Shown in pieces: positions 24,951 through 35,319 of a stretch of 64,000 bases of DNA. Both the position numbers and the translations under genes were made by a program. This DNA is from Patescibacteria group bacterium (lineage in GTDB: Bacteria > Patescibacteriota > Patescibacteriia > Patescibacteriales > JBAZCA01). Every line of letters starts with the position of its first letter. Position 1 is the first letter of the stretch. The stretch lies in contig JBAZUF010000002.1 of the NCBI GenBank assembly GCA_041661505.1, positions 140,201-204,200 on the forward strand, written 5' to 3'. Under the pieces are notes generated by a model. It was not told the DNA's origin and made no database searches. It saw nothing but the letters and a program-made list of their open reading frames with translations.

Positions 24951-26792
24951 ATGCAAGATAGAGCTAATGCGTTGAGTGTTAATGGTTTTAGCCATGTAAC
25001 TTGGCGTTATTACAACCAAATAAAGAAGAAAGCAATGGACAAGGAGCCGGATTTACTCGGGCTCCTAATTAGCCTGTCCATTGCTTTTTTTATTGTTGTC
25101 GGCGGCGCGGCCGGCTTAAATTCAATCTATCGATTTTATTCCGAAGCTAAGCTTGGGAACGAGGCCGGCCAAAGGCGAGAAAGTCATCAATGGGAGAGCG
25201 CCTATCAGTATATTGCCTTAACGGGCTCTTTATTAGGCAATGCCGGGGAGCGAATAATGGCGGGCGGCCTTAAAATTGATATAGCGCGGGCGGCAGAGTC
25301 TGATTTAAAGGGCCAGCCTGAAAAAGGCACTCATTATTTAGAGTTTAAAGCCGGGGAAACTATCAGCTACAGTTTAAAAATTAAAAATACCGGGAAAAGC
25401 GCCTGGAAAAAAGGAGAAATTTTTTTGGAAACCGGTTCGGCCTTAAAACGCCCGTCCTTGTTTAAAGATGGGGGTTGGCTAAAATATTTCCGGCTGGCCG
25501 GTTTGACAGGGGATGTTTTGCCCGGAAAAACAGCGGAATTTAAATTTAACCTGGCCAGTCCGGCAAAAACCGGAGATTATCAGGAAGATTTGCAACTGGT
25601 AAAAAACGGCGAACTGCCGGTGGCCGGCACGTTAACCCGGATTTTCATTAATGTAGCCAGTAAGGCAAGCATTGTGCCTCTCCCGGCTAATCCAGCCGCC
25701 CAAACCCCTCTAACTTCTTCGGTTGCCGTACAAAATACTGCCGCCGCCCAAACTAATGTTAATACCAATGCCAATTCAAAAGACTTTTGCATTGCTTTGG
25801 CTGAAGAAGATAAAAAACAGTATGAAGAATGCAATACCAATCCCAATGAAACCGGCCAAGGTTCGGGCATTGCCAGTTATGCGAATTTTTTGAATGAGGA
25901 GCCGATAATCCGGGTTGGGTTGTTTAGCGCTAAATCAGCCCACCGGATAATTTCAAGCGGCTTTTACGACGTCTATTCGGGCAAAGAATTAATTTATTCC
26001 GGGCTCGGCCAAAACGCCCAAAGTTCTTTAGCTTTTAATTTCACCAGTAAAATATTCACGCTCAAAGTTAACGGAATATCGAAAAATTTGTCCGGACCGA
26101 TCAGATTCGTTTCCCGCGATAAAGACGGGTTAATTACCCTCCCTGATTATGAGGCCAGGCCGGCCTGGAACAAAAGTTTAAACGACAACATATTCCGAAA
26201 CACAGTTGAATTTAATTACAGCCAGGCAACAAAAAAACTATGGGCGATAAACGAACTGCCGATTGAAAACTATCTGAAAGGCTTGGCCGAAACCTCCAAT
26301 ATCTCCCATATTGAATTTCAAAAAACATTAATTACCGCCGCCCGGACTTACGCGCTTTACCATTATTCCCGCGGATTGGATTATAAGATTCCGGACGGAT
26401 CAACCAAGCATGCGGACGAGCATTTTCATGTTGATGCCGCCTATGACCAGGTTTACCGCGGCTATGGTTCGGAAATCCGCATGCCTAATTTAGTCAAAGC
26501 CGTTAATGACACGCGCGGGGCGATCGTTACTTACAATGAAGAAATCGCTATTACGCCATATTTTTCCCGGTCAGACGGAAGAACAAGAAGCTGGATCGAA
26601 GTTTGGGGCGGAAAAGCTATGGCTTGGCTGGTAAGCGTTTTAGTCCCGGAAGACAAGGGCCAAGCTCTTTGGGGGCATGGGGTTGGCATGTCAGCCCGCG
26701 GAGCGCTTTTAATGGCTAACGCCGGGAAAGGGTGGCAGGAAATTTTGAAATATTTTTACTCCGGAACGGATTTAAAAAAATTATATAATTAA
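24951..26792 (+). CDS. SpoIID/LytB-domain protein with an N-terminal Ig-like domain
   Basis: 613 aa. SpoIID motifs are NYLKGLAETSN, AARTYALYH, DQVYRGYGSE and ITPYFSRSDGRTRS. A TM anchor and an Ig-like segment (KIKNTGKSAW..) lie upstream. The start could instead be the Met at 25032. Confidence 0.8.
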   Translation: MQDRANALSVNGFSHVTWRYYNQIKKKAMDKEPDLLGLLISLSIAFFIVVGGAAGLNSIYRFYSEAKLGNEAGQRRESHQWESAYQYIALTGSLLGNAGERIMAGGLKIDIARAAESDLKGQPEKGTHYLEFKAGETISYSLKIKNTGKSAWKKGEIFLETGSALKRPSLFKDGGWLKYFRLAGLTGDVLPGKTAEFKFNLASPAKTGDYQEDLQLVKNGELPVAGTLTRIFINVASKASIVPLPANPAAQTPLTSSVAVQNTAAAQTNVNTNANSKDFCIALAEEDKKQYEECNTNPNETGQGSGIASYANFLNEEPIIRVGLFSAKSAHRIISSGFYDVYSGKELIYSGLGQNAQSSLAFNFTSKIFTLKVNGISKNLSGPIRFVSRDKDGLITLPDYEARPAWNKSLNDNIFRNTVEFNYSQATKKLWAINELPIENYLKGLAETSNISHIEFQKTLITAARTYALYHYSRGLDYKIPDGSTKHADEHFHVDAAYDQVYRGYGSEIRMPNLVKAVNDTRGAIVTYNEEIAITPYFSRSDGRTRSWIEVWGGKAMAWLVSVLVPEDKGQALWGHGVGMSARGALLMANAGKGWQEILKYFYSGTDLKKLYN

Positions 26793-26924
26793 CGAAGTCC
26801 CTATGCATTGTTATCCAAAATGAAAAAAGTAAATCGCTCTTTTAAAATTGAATAGTCCCCTAGTGATCGGGACAAACCGGGCTGGTTCCTTGCGACTTAA
26901 GGGAGTCAACCCGGAAGGACTCAC

Positions 26925-26955
26925 AAAATCCCGCCATAAAGGCGGGATTTTGTTG
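26925..26955 (+). terminator. Rho-independent terminator
   Basis: Stem AAATCCCGCC/GGCGGGATTT (26926-26935 / 26941-26950), then TTGTTGT. Confidence 0.65.
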
Positions 26956-27038
26956 TGGGCGCGAAATATTGTATAATAAACTCAAGACGCGAATTAAGGC
27001 GTCTTTCTAAAATACGTTTTTTTGAAGGTTATCTTATT

Positions 27039-29756
27039 ATGCATTTAGAACGGCTGGAGATACAGGGCTTTAAATCGTTTGCCAATAAAAATGTTTTGGT
27101 TTTTCCCGATCCCAAAGGCGGGCGCAAAGGAATTACTTCGGTAGTCGGCCCGAACGGATCCGGCAAATCGAATATTGCCGATGCGGTCCGCTGGGCTTTG
27201 GGCGAACAGAGCATGAAAATTTTGCGCGGAAAAAAATCCGAAGACGTGATTTTTTCCGGATCGGATAAAAAAGGGAAGCTCGGGATGGCCGAGGTTTCTT
27301 TGTTTCTAAATAACGAGGACGGGAAGTCGGTTATCGATTACTCGCAAATCGTTTTAACCCGGAGGCTGTTCCGCGACGGTGAATCAGACTATCTTTTGAA
27401 CGGCCAAAAGGCCCGGCTTTTGGATATCCAAATGTTTTTAGCCAAAGCCAAGTTCGGGCAAAGGACTTACTCGGTAATCGGCCAAGGAACGGTTGAGGGG
27501 TTTTTAAATACCAGCCTTTCGGAGCGGAAAGAATTTTTTGATGAAGCGACCGGAGTAAAGCAGTTCCAGATCAAGCGGGACGATTCACTAAATAAGCTGC
27601 GGGCGAGTTACGAAAATTTAAGCCAAGCCAGGATGCTTTTGGAGGAAATCGCCCCGAGATTAAAGACGCTTACCCGGCAGGTGGATAAATTAAAGAAGCG
27701 CGATGAAATGGAGAAAGAATTGCGGGAAGCGGAGCTCAAATATTACGGCCAAATTTGGCAGGAGATTAACGGAAAGTGGAGCGACTATAACAAGCGGTTT
27801 CTTGAACTGGAAAAAGTAAAAAAAGAAAAGGACAAAAAGCTTGAGGCGCTAAACCGCGAGCATAGCAATTTAGAAGTAAAAGAGAGGGAAAATAATGATG
27901 TAGAAAATTATAAAAAGGAATTGGCCGAACTGCAGACAGAGAAAGAAAAGACCGTTCGGGAATTGGCCCGCCTTGAAGCCCGGGCGCAGATAAAATTAGA
28001 GGCTAAAGGAAAGTTCGATTTGTCCTGGGTGCTTGGGAAAATTGAAGAAATAAAACAAGGTTTGGAAAAGCTGGAAGAAGAGAAAAAGGGCCTTGTGAGC
28101 GATGAAAAAAAAGTAAACCAGATAAAAATCGAACTGGAGGCCGAAGCTGGACGGGTGAACAGCGAAATAAAGGATCTAAGAGAACGGGTTAAAGAAATAA
28201 ACCAGGCAGCCGGCGAGGGGGCGGAAAAGAAAATAGTAAAAAAAATAAGCGCTCTTTTAGAAAAGATTACCGCCGCCGAAGAAAGCGAAGATTTCGGAAA
28301 AATAAAAAAATTGGTGAGTGAGATAAAAAAAGAGCTGGAAAAAATTGTTGCTTTGGAGGAAAACGAAGAGGTAAATAACTTAGCTAATATTGAAGAAGAA
28401 ATCGAAAAAAAGATTAAAACTAAAGAAGATATTTTAGAAAAATTCAACAAAATTTCTTTGGAGCTTGAGATGAAAAAGGAGAAGCTTAAGATGCTTTGCC
28501 AGCGGGAAGAAGCGGCCAGGCCTGAACTGAAGTCATTGGAAGAAAAAATAAAAGCCAGCCAAAAGGAGGAGGAAAAAAATTACGGCAAGGAAGAGCCGAT
28601 GCATAAGAGCCGGCTAGAAGCCTTAAACGATAAAATCGCCGCGGCCAAGGAAAAAATTGAGGCAAATTCCCGCGTCGAAGAGGAAGAAAGGCGGCGCTTA
28701 TTTAAAATACAGCGCTCAATTCAGGATCTGCAAAACGAATTAAATAGCCTTTCCGGCCAGTTGGGCGAAGTAAGGGTTGCTTCCACCCGCTACGAGACCC
28801 GGTTGGAGGATTTGGAAAAGGAAATCCGGCAAAGCTCGGTCGAATTGAAAGAGGTAAGGCAAAAAAGCGGCAATGGAACGAGCGGCGGGGAAAAAATCGA
28901 CGCGGAAGCCGGACAGGAGCGGATTGCCAGCCTGAAAAGACAGCTGGAATTAATCGGCGGGCTGGATCCGGAAATTGAAAAAGAATATACACAGACCAAA
29001 GTGCGCCATGATTTTTTGGCTGACCAGGTCAACGATTTAAATCAGGCCATTACTTCTTTGGAAAAAATCGTCCGCGAGCTGGACGGGACGATTAAAGAGC
29101 GCTTTGACAAGGAATTCAAAATTATTTCCTCCAAATTTGAAGAATATTTCAAAATATTATTTAACGGCGGAGCGGCCAAGATCGTTAAGGTTATGGAGAG
29201 CGAGATGGAAGAAGGGAGCGGGATCGAGGCCGCGGCTGATTTGGAGCCAGCCGCCCAAGATAGTATAGCTTTGCCGGACGGGAATATCGGAGACGGGAAG
29301 AGAGAAAAGAAAGAAAAAAAGAAGAACTCGGCAATCGGCGAATTGGCATTTGACATTAATAAGATAAAATTTTTGCAAAAGCATAACGCGACCGGTTTGG
29401 CCGGAATCGAAATCCAGGCTACTCCCCCGGGGAAAAAGATCCGTTCAATTTCCATGCTCTCCGGCGGCGAGCGCGCTTTAACGGCTATCGCTTTAATTTG
29501 CGCTATTATTAGCGCAAACCCATCCCCGTTTGTCGTTTTAGACGAAGTGGACGCGGCTTTGGATGAAGCCAATTCCGAGCGCCTGGCAAAAATCTTAGAC
29601 GACCTCTCCCACAAAACTCAATTTATAGTTATCACTCATAACCGGGCGACTATGCGCCGGGCCAACATATTGTACGGCGTTACCATGCAGCAAGACGGCG
29701 CCTCAAAATTGCTATCGGTAAAACTAGAAGAAGCGGTGGCAAGCGGAGCCAAGTAA
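27039..29756 (+). CDS. smc: SMC-family chromosome condensation ATPase lacking a recognisable hinge domain
   Basis: The N-head has LEIQGFKSFANK and GPNGSGKSNIADAVRWALGEQS. The C-head has LSGGERALTAIAL and FVVLDEVDAALD. About 550 aa of K/E-rich coiled coil lie between them, with no globular hinge-like segment. The ATG at 27039 is used rather than the GTG at 26955. Confidence 0.85.
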   Translation: MHLERLEIQGFKSFANKNVLVFPDPKGGRKGITSVVGPNGSGKSNIADAVRWALGEQSMKILRGKKSEDVIFSGSDKKGKLGMAEVSLFLNNEDGKSVIDYSQIVLTRRLFRDGESDYLLNGQKARLLDIQMFLAKAKFGQRTYSVIGQGTVEGFLNTSLSERKEFFDEATGVKQFQIKRDDSLNKLRASYENLSQARMLLEEIAPRLKTLTRQVDKLKKRDEMEKELREAELKYYGQIWQEINGKWSDYNKRFLELEKVKKEKDKKLEALNREHSNLEVKERENNDVENYKKELAELQTEKEKTVRELARLEARAQIKLEAKGKFDLSWVLGKIEEIKQGLEKLEEEKKGLVSDEKKVNQIKIELEAEAGRVNSEIKDLRERVKEINQAAGEGAEKKIVKKISALLEKITAAEESEDFGKIKKLVSEIKKELEKIVALEENEEVNNLANIEEEIEKKIKTKEDILEKFNKISLELEMKKEKLKMLCQREEAARPELKSLEEKIKASQKEEEKNYGKEEPMHKSRLEALNDKIAAAKEKIEANSRVEEEERRRLFKIQRSIQDLQNELNSLSGQLGEVRVASTRYETRLEDLEKEIRQSSVELKEVRQKSGNGTSGGEKIDAEAGQERIASLKRQLELIGGLDPEIEKEYTQTKVRHDFLADQVNDLNQAITSLEKIVRELDGTIKERFDKEFKIISSKFEEYFKILFNGGAAKIVKVMESEMEEGSGIEAAADLEPAAQDSIALPDGNIGDGKREKKEKKKNSAIGELAFDINKIKFLQKHNATGLAGIEIQATPPGKKIRSISMLSGGERALTAIALICAIISANPSPFVVLDEVDAALDEANSERLAKILDDLSHKTQFIVITHNRATMRRANILYGVTMQQDGASKLLSVKLEEAVASGAK

Positions 29757-29843
29757 TAAAAAAAATATTGAGCCACGAAGTGCGGCTAGCCTGGCCTCGG
29801 CTATCTTTGCTAATGCCGGCTTTTCGCAATTTTATATTTTCAT

Positions 29844-31367
29844 ATGTCTTCAAAAGTTTTTTCGGCGGCAGTTTTAGGATTGGATGCTGAAGTGATCGAG
29901 GTGGAGGGCGACTTGGGCGGCGGCGAATTGGGTAAATTTACAGTGGTCGGGCTCCCGGACGCGGCAATCTCTGAATCCCGGGAAAGGGTAAGGAGCGCTA
30001 TTAAGAATTCGGATTTTTATTTTCCCAAATTAAAAGTGACCGTGAATTTAGCGCCGGCGGATTTAAGGAAATACGGGCCGAATTACGATTTACCGATCGC
30101 TATCAGCATCTTGCTTATCACCAAAGAACTGAAACCGCGCGAAAATATCCACGAGATGATGTTTGTCGGCGAGCTGGCTTTGTCCGGGCTTCTTAGGCCG
30201 ATTACCGGAGTGCTTCCCATCGCCATTAAAGCCAAGAAGGAAAATTTTAAATATCTTTTTGTTCCGGAGTCTAACGCGCCTGAAGCTAAATTGGTAGCTG
30301 ATTTAGAAGTGATACCGGTTAAAAATTTAGCCGATGTCGTTAATCATTTAAACGGAAAAAGGAAAATCCCTCCGGCCGGGGATCATCAATTCGATTTTAC
30401 CCCGCCGCCCCTGGCCTTTGATATGTCCCACGTAAAAGGCCAGGAGCATGTAAAAAGGGCGATGGAGATTTCAGCGGCCGGAGCCCATAATATACTGATG
30501 AGCGGGGCGCCGGGTTCGGGTAAGACCTTAATCGCCCGGACTATGCCTTCCATTCTCCCGGATTTATGCCTGGAGGAGGCTTTGGAAATTACCAAAATCT
30601 ACAGCGTAGCCGGCAAACTGCCGTCTAACACCGCGCTAATCGCCTGCCGGCCTTTTCGCTCGCCTCATCATACCGCCTCGGGAGTGGCTTTGGTTGGCGG
30701 CGGCGCCTGGCCTAAGCCGGGTGAAATTTCTTTGGCCCATCGGGGAGTTCTATTTTTGGATGAGTTCGGCGAATTTCCCCGGCAAGTGCTGGAAAATTTG
30801 CGCCAGCCATTGGAAGACGGCGTAATCCACGTAAGCCGGGCGGCCGGCAATTTAAGCTTCCCGGCTAAATTTATCCTGGTTGCGGCTATGAATCCTTGCC
30901 CGTGCGGCTTCTTGGGCGATAAAGAAAGGGATTGCGCCTGTTCGGCGGCCCAAATTTTATCTTATAAAAGGGGAATTTCCGGACCAATCCTGGATCGGAT
31001 TGATATGCACATTGAAGTGCCGCGCATAAAATTTGAAAAGCTAACCGCTGAAAGCTACGGCGAATCCTCGGAAGCGATAAAAAAGAGAGTGGAAGCGGCG
31101 CGGATAGTCCAAAGAAAAAGGTTTCAAGAGCTTTCTTTTATTGCCAACTCGGAGATGAGTTCAGACGCGGTTCGGCAATTTTGCCAAGTCGACGGGCCTT
31201 CGAAAAATCTTTTGCGTAGCGCCGTCGACCAGCTTCACCTTTCCGCCCGCTCCTATTTTCGCGTTTTAAAATTATCCCGCACCATCGCCGATTTGGCCGG
31301 TGTAAAGGATATAACTCTTCCTCATCTGGCTGAAGCCTTGCAATACCGGCCGAAGTTGGATTATTAG
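29844..31367 (+). CDS. comM: YifB/ComM-family Mg-chelatase-like AAA+ ATPase
   Basis: 507 aa with an N-terminal Lon-protease-like domain, Walker A GAPGSGKT, GVLFLDE and a C-terminal ChlI-like helical domain. Confidence 0.9.
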   Translation: MSSKVFSAAVLGLDAEVIEVEGDLGGGELGKFTVVGLPDAAISESRERVRSAIKNSDFYFPKLKVTVNLAPADLRKYGPNYDLPIAISILLITKELKPRENIHEMMFVGELALSGLLRPITGVLPIAIKAKKENFKYLFVPESNAPEAKLVADLEVIPVKNLADVVNHLNGKRKIPPAGDHQFDFTPPPLAFDMSHVKGQEHVKRAMEISAAGAHNILMSGAPGSGKTLIARTMPSILPDLCLEEALEITKIYSVAGKLPSNTALIACRPFRSPHHTASGVALVGGGAWPKPGEISLAHRGVLFLDEFGEFPRQVLENLRQPLEDGVIHVSRAAGNLSFPAKFILVAAMNPCPCGFLGDKERDCACSAAQILSYKRGISGPILDRIDMHIEVPRIKFEKLTAESYGESSEAIKKRVEAARIVQRKRFQELSFIANSEMSSDAVRQFCQVDGPSKNLLRSAVDQLHLSARSYFRVLKLSRTIADLAGVKDITLPHLAEALQYRPKLDY

Positions 31368-31411
31368 CTCTAGTAATGATATAATAGTATAGGAAAATTA
31401 ATCTCATATTT

Positions 31412-32821
31412 ATGGCAAAAAAGATAACCCCCCTTCTTTTAATTTTTACGTTTCTTCTGACTGCCGGCTTTGGCTGTAAACTTATCGGTTCCCAAACCGA
31501 AAACGCGATGAAGCCGATTACTCTCGAATATTGGCGGGTTTTCGACGGGGAAGATTCATTTGCCGACATCATTAAAAATTACAACACCGTCCATCCCTAC
31601 ATAACCATAAAATACCGGAAGTTAAGATCCGTCGAATATGAAAAAGAATTGTTGGAAGCCATGGCCGAAGACCGCGGACCGGATATTTTCTCAATTAACA
31701 ATACCTGGGTCGGAAAATACCAGTCGAAAATAGAACCCATGCCGGAAAAAATTACCATGGTTTATCCGGTCGAGAAAGGCACTTTAAAAAAAGAGGTCAT
31801 CCCCGAACTCCGGACGGCTAAAAGCCTTACCTTAAAAGAAATAAAAGAAAGGTTTGTAGATCAGGTTTATGATGACGCGGTGGTAAAAGCCAAAGACGAA
31901 CAAACCGGAAAATTAAACGAACTCGTTTACGGCTTGCCGCTTTCAGTCGATAACCTGGCGCTCTATTATAACCGGGATCTTTTAAACAATGCCGGCATTG
32001 CCAACCCTCCGGCTTTTTGGAATAAGGAATTCCAGGAAGACGTGAAGAAATTAACCAAGCAGGATATTAACGGCCAAATAATCCAATCCGGCATCGCGTT
32101 AGGCGGCGGTAAAAATATCGAGCGTACGAGCGATATTCTTTCAGTCTTGATGATGCAAAACGGCGCTCAAATGCTTGACGACGGCGGGGGCGTCACCTTT
32201 GACCGGGTGCCGGCGGCGTTTTCCAAAGAAAGATATAACCCCGGCATTGAAGCTTTGAGGTTCTACACAGATTTTTCCTCGCCAGCTAAGGAAGTTTATT
32301 CCTGGAACAAAGATATGCCTAACTCCTTGGAGCTCTTTTTGTCCGGCCGGCTGGCTATGATGCTTGGATACTCTTATCATTTGCCGACAATAAAATCCCA
32401 GGCGCCCAAATTAAAGCTGGGAATCGCTCCCTTGCCCCAAATTGAAGGCAGCGGCCAGAGGGTTAACTTTGCCAATTATTGGATTGAGGCGGTTTCCAAA
32501 AAAAGCCAGTATAAAAATGAAGCTTGGGACTTTGTCCAGTTCGCGGTCCGGGAAGAAAATGCTAAGACTTATCTTGATAAAACTAAGAAGCCGCCGGCTT
32601 TGCGCGCCCTGATTGACGGATATAAAGAGGATAAAGAAATCGGCGTTTTTGCCGCGCAGGTACTAACGGCCAAGAGCTGGTACCGGGGAAAAGATCCGTT
32701 AGCGGCCGAAGAAATAATTTCCGATATGATTGACAGCGTTGTTTTGGGCAAGGATAAAATCGAAAGCCTCATTAGTCTAGCCGCCAGCAAAGTCCAGCAG
32801 ACGATAAATCCGCCGCAATAA
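31412..32821 (+). CDS. ABC-transporter extracellular solute-binding lipoprotein (family 1, sugar type); no permease genes adjacent
   Basis: 469 aa with the lipobox LTAGFGC and an SBP_bac_1-like pattern (LEYWRVF..., PDIFSINNTWVGKY, LPLSVDNLALYYN). Confidence 0.75.
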   Translation: MAKKITPLLLIFTFLLTAGFGCKLIGSQTENAMKPITLEYWRVFDGEDSFADIIKNYNTVHPYITIKYRKLRSVEYEKELLEAMAEDRGPDIFSINNTWVGKYQSKIEPMPEKITMVYPVEKGTLKKEVIPELRTAKSLTLKEIKERFVDQVYDDAVVKAKDEQTGKLNELVYGLPLSVDNLALYYNRDLLNNAGIANPPAFWNKEFQEDVKKLTKQDINGQIIQSGIALGGGKNIERTSDILSVLMMQNGAQMLDDGGGVTFDRVPAAFSKERYNPGIEALRFYTDFSSPAKEVYSWNKDMPNSLELFLSGRLAMMLGYSYHLPTIKSQAPKLKLGIAPLPQIEGSGQRVNFANYWIEAVSKKSQYKNEAWDFVQFAVREENAKTYLDKTKKPPALRALIDGYKEDKEIGVFAAQVLTAKSWYRGKDPLAAEEIISDMIDSVVLGKDKIESLISLAASKVQQTINPPQ

Positions 32822-32876
32822 TTTTTAACGCGAGCGCTATTACGCCCTGTTAATAAGGGGGGAGCCGCGAAGCCAT

Positions 32877-33317
32877 ATGATGAAAAAAAAGCTGATAATT
32901 TTACTGTCAGTAATAATGTTTTTTTCCGCGGTTCAATACTGTTTTGCCGCGTCTTTGGTCGATGATCTTAGTTGCGCCAAAACTGTAACAAGTTCAGGCA
33001 CCGCTACCTCGTACAACTGTTCATTAAACGACTTTGTCCGGATCGGGACTAACGCGGCGAATATCATATTCGGCTTGGTCGGATCCTTGGCATTGTTATT
33101 TTTCGTTTATGGCGGTATCATGTGGTTACTTTCCGGCGGCAATCCGGAACGGGTAAAAAAGGGAACCGAGATTATCAAAAACGCCGTTATCGGGATTGTA
33201 ATAGTATTTACGAGCTATATGATAATCAATTTTATCCTGACTACGGTCGGCTATAAGTATAAGGATAGCTGGAATACAACTAAAACCTTAGACTCAAGCT
33301 CGTCCTCTACGGATTAG
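32877..33317 (+). CDS. TrbC/VirB2-like pilin-family small membrane protein
   Basis: 146 aa with a signal peptide and two TM helices flanking WLLSGGNPERVKKGTEIIKNAVIGIVIV. This architecture is typical of CPR T4SS-pilin-like proteins. Confidence 0.5.
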   Translation: MMKKKLIILLSVIMFFSAVQYCFAASLVDDLSCAKTVTSSGTATSYNCSLNDFVRIGTNAANIIFGLVGSLALLFFVYGGIMWLLSGGNPERVKKGTEIIKNAVIGIVIVFTSYMIINFILTTVGYKYKDSWNTTKTLDSSSSSTD

Positions 33318-33362
33318 AGCTTTTTATTAAACGCGGATTAAATTTTTAGCATCAGTAATTTA

Positions 33363-34028
33363 ATGGTAAGTTTTAAATCAACAAAAATATTGATTGACTC
33401 CGATGCCCTGGCGCATGAATTTAGGGCGGCGCGCGCGTCATCCGGGCTTACGCTTGCCGAAGCGTCAAAAAAATCCCGCATCGGAATGAAATATTTAAAA
33501 GCCATTGAGGAAGGAAAACTGGAAGAGCTGCCCGCCGGCGTTTACCGAAGAAACTTCGTAAAAGAATACGCTGATTTTCTAGGTTATGATTCAAGGGATC
33601 TTTTGGAAAATTTTAACGAGTCCCAGGCTGAAAAAGAAAAAAAAGATATTTTTTCCTGCCAGGTAGCCAAGACCAAAACCATCGTTATTCCTAATATCTT
33701 AAAAGGGATATTTATCGCCGGAGTGGTCGCGGTTTGCCTTTTTTACCTTCAAAGCCGGTATAGCAATGTAGTATCGCCGCCGAATCTGGTTATTAATAAT
33801 CCGTCCGGAGACTTAAAAACTTCAGTTAGGGAATTGAATATAATTGGATCAACCGATCCGGAAACGCAAGTTACCATCAATGATAATATGGTGCTTTTGG
33901 ACGGGAGCGGGAGTTTTTCCCAGCTTATCAACCTTCGCGAAGGCATAAACACTATTACTATCACCGCTAAGAAAAAGTTCGGCCCGGAAAAGAAAATCGT
34001 TAAGCAGATACTGGTGAAAAGCAATTGA
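33363..34028 (+). CDS. RodZ-like HTH membrane protein
   Basis: 221 aa. The N-terminal HTH is [48 protein letters not shown]. It is followed by a single TM helix and an extracytoplasmic beta-rich domain. Confidence 0.62.
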   Translation: MVSFKSTKILIDSDALAHEFRAARASSGLTLAEASKKSRIGMKYLKAIEEGKLEELPAGVYRRNFVKEYADFLGYDSRDLLENFNESQAEKEKKDIFSCQVAKTKTIVIPNILKGIFIAGVVAVCLFYLQSRYSNVVSPPNLVINNPSGDLKTSVRELNIIGSTDPETQVTINDNMVLLDGSGSFSQLINLREGINTITITAKKKFGPEKKIVKQILVKSN

Positions 34029-34120
34029 TTAATCTTTTAGGGTATGATAGAATTTTTATGAATTTAAGGAGGTTGGCATACCTCTTTTTTATTAGGAAAT
34101 TAATAAATAAGTTTATTTAT

Positions 34121-35224
34121 ATGAGCGAAGAAAAAAAAACTAAGGTTAAGGAAGCGGAGCGGGAGTCCGGTATCACCGCCTCTGTTAATTCTTCAGGAGA
34201 TAAAGGCATTACTGACAAAGAAAAGGACGAAAAAATGAAAGCCGCTTTAACCGCTATTGACCAAATCAAAGAGCGTTTTGGCGACGGATCAATCATGCGC
34301 TTTGGCGAAGTCAAAGCCGCCCAGGTAGAAGCCGTTCCGACCGGCTGTCTTTCTCTAGACATCGCTTTGGGCGTCGGCGGCGTGCCTCGCGGCCGGGTAG
34401 TAGAAATTTTCGGGCCGGAAGCTTCGGGTAAAACCACTCTAGCCCAGCACATTGTCGCTGAAGTCCAAAAATTGGGCGGTATTGCTGCTTTTGTTGACGC
34501 GGAACACGCGTTAGACCCGGATTATGCCACCAAAATCGGCATTAATATTAAGGATTTACTCATATCGCAACCTGATACAGGCGAACAGGCTCTGGAAATA
34601 GTTGAGACCTTGGTCCGATCTAACGCGGTTGATGTAATAGTCGTTGATTCAGTCGCCGCTTTAGTTCCGCAAAAGGAAATTGAGGGAGATGTCGGCGACA
34701 GTCATATGGGTCTTCATGCCCGGCTCATGAGCCAGGCGCTTCGGAAACTAACCGGCGCGATTTCCAAGAGCAAGACTATTGTTATTTTTATCAACCAGAT
34801 CCGGATGAAAATCGGCGTCTTTTTCGGCAATCCGGAAACTACGACCGGCGGAATGGCTTTGAAATTCTATTCTTCGGTCCGGATAGAGGTGCGCCGGGCG
34901 GCTCAAATTAAGCAGGGCGACCGGATTATCGGTTCGCGGGTGAAATGCAAGGTGGTAAAAAATAAAGTGGCCGCGCCTTTTCGGACTACCGAATTTGATA
35001 TTATGTATAATGAAGGCATATCTCTGTCCGGCGACTTACTGGATACCGGAGTGGCTCATAAAGTGGTCAATAAGTCCGGCAATTCCTACTCTTACGGCGA
35101 CATTAAACTGGGAGTGGGCCGGGAAAACGCCAAGCGGACGCTAAAAGAAGACAAGAAATTAATGAAAGAAATCCGGGCTAAAATCTGGGCGGCGGTTAAA
35201 AATGAAGAGGCGAAGGAAGCATAG
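34121..35224 (+). CDS. recA: Recombinase A
   Basis: [11 protein letters not shown], Walker [21 protein letters not shown] and the [21 protein letters not shown] loop. The ATG at 34121 gives a canonical RecA length. Confidence 0.95.
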   Translation: MSEEKKTKVKEAERESGITASVNSSGDKGITDKEKDEKMKAALTAIDQIKERFGDGSIMRFGEVKAAQVEAVPTGCLSLDIALGVGGVPRGRVVEIFGPEASGKTTLAQHIVAEVQKLGGIAAFVDAEHALDPDYATKIGINIKDLLISQPDTGEQALEIVETLVRSNAVDVIVVDSVAALVPQKEIEGDVGDSHMGLHARLMSQALRKLTGAISKSKTIVIFINQIRMKIGVFFGNPETTTGGMALKFYSSVRIEVRRAAQIKQGDRIIGSRVKCKVVKNKVAAPFRTTEFDIMYNEGISLSGDLLDTGVAHKVVNKSGNSYSYGDIKLGVGRENAKRTLKEDKKLMKEIRAKIWAAVKNEEAKEA

Positions 35225-35243
35225 TAAATTTTGACCTTAAATA

Positions 35244-35271
35244 AAAAATTCCCAACTTTGGGAATTTTTTT
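35244..35271. terminator. Bidirectional hairpin terminator between recA and efp
   Basis: Stem AATTCCCA/TGGGAATT (35247-35254 / 35259-35266), flanked by A-run and T-run. Confidence 0.65.
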
Positions 35272-35319
35272 GATGGATATATGGATCGGGATTTGATGGA
35301 TGGATTAAGAGATTTTGGT

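Noticed and set aside
26900-26925. SRP (4.5S) RNA-like CCGGAAGGA tetraloop motif.
   Set aside because: The conserved 3'-side AGCA and 5'-side symmetric-loop nucleotides of SRP helix 8 are missing, and the closing base pairs do not form.
13658-35224. A gene-strand switch (minus-strand genes left of about 24.7 kb, plus-strand genes to the right) as evidence that oriC lies at about 23.5 kb.
   Set aside because: The window contains many other strand switches (near 3.1, 9.3, 9.7, 11.9, 12.7, 13.6, 35.3, 41.5, 50.6, 53.2, 61.7 and 62.8 kb). No dnaA or dnaN is nearby. Strand bias alone is not decisive, so it is kept only as a weak supporting note.
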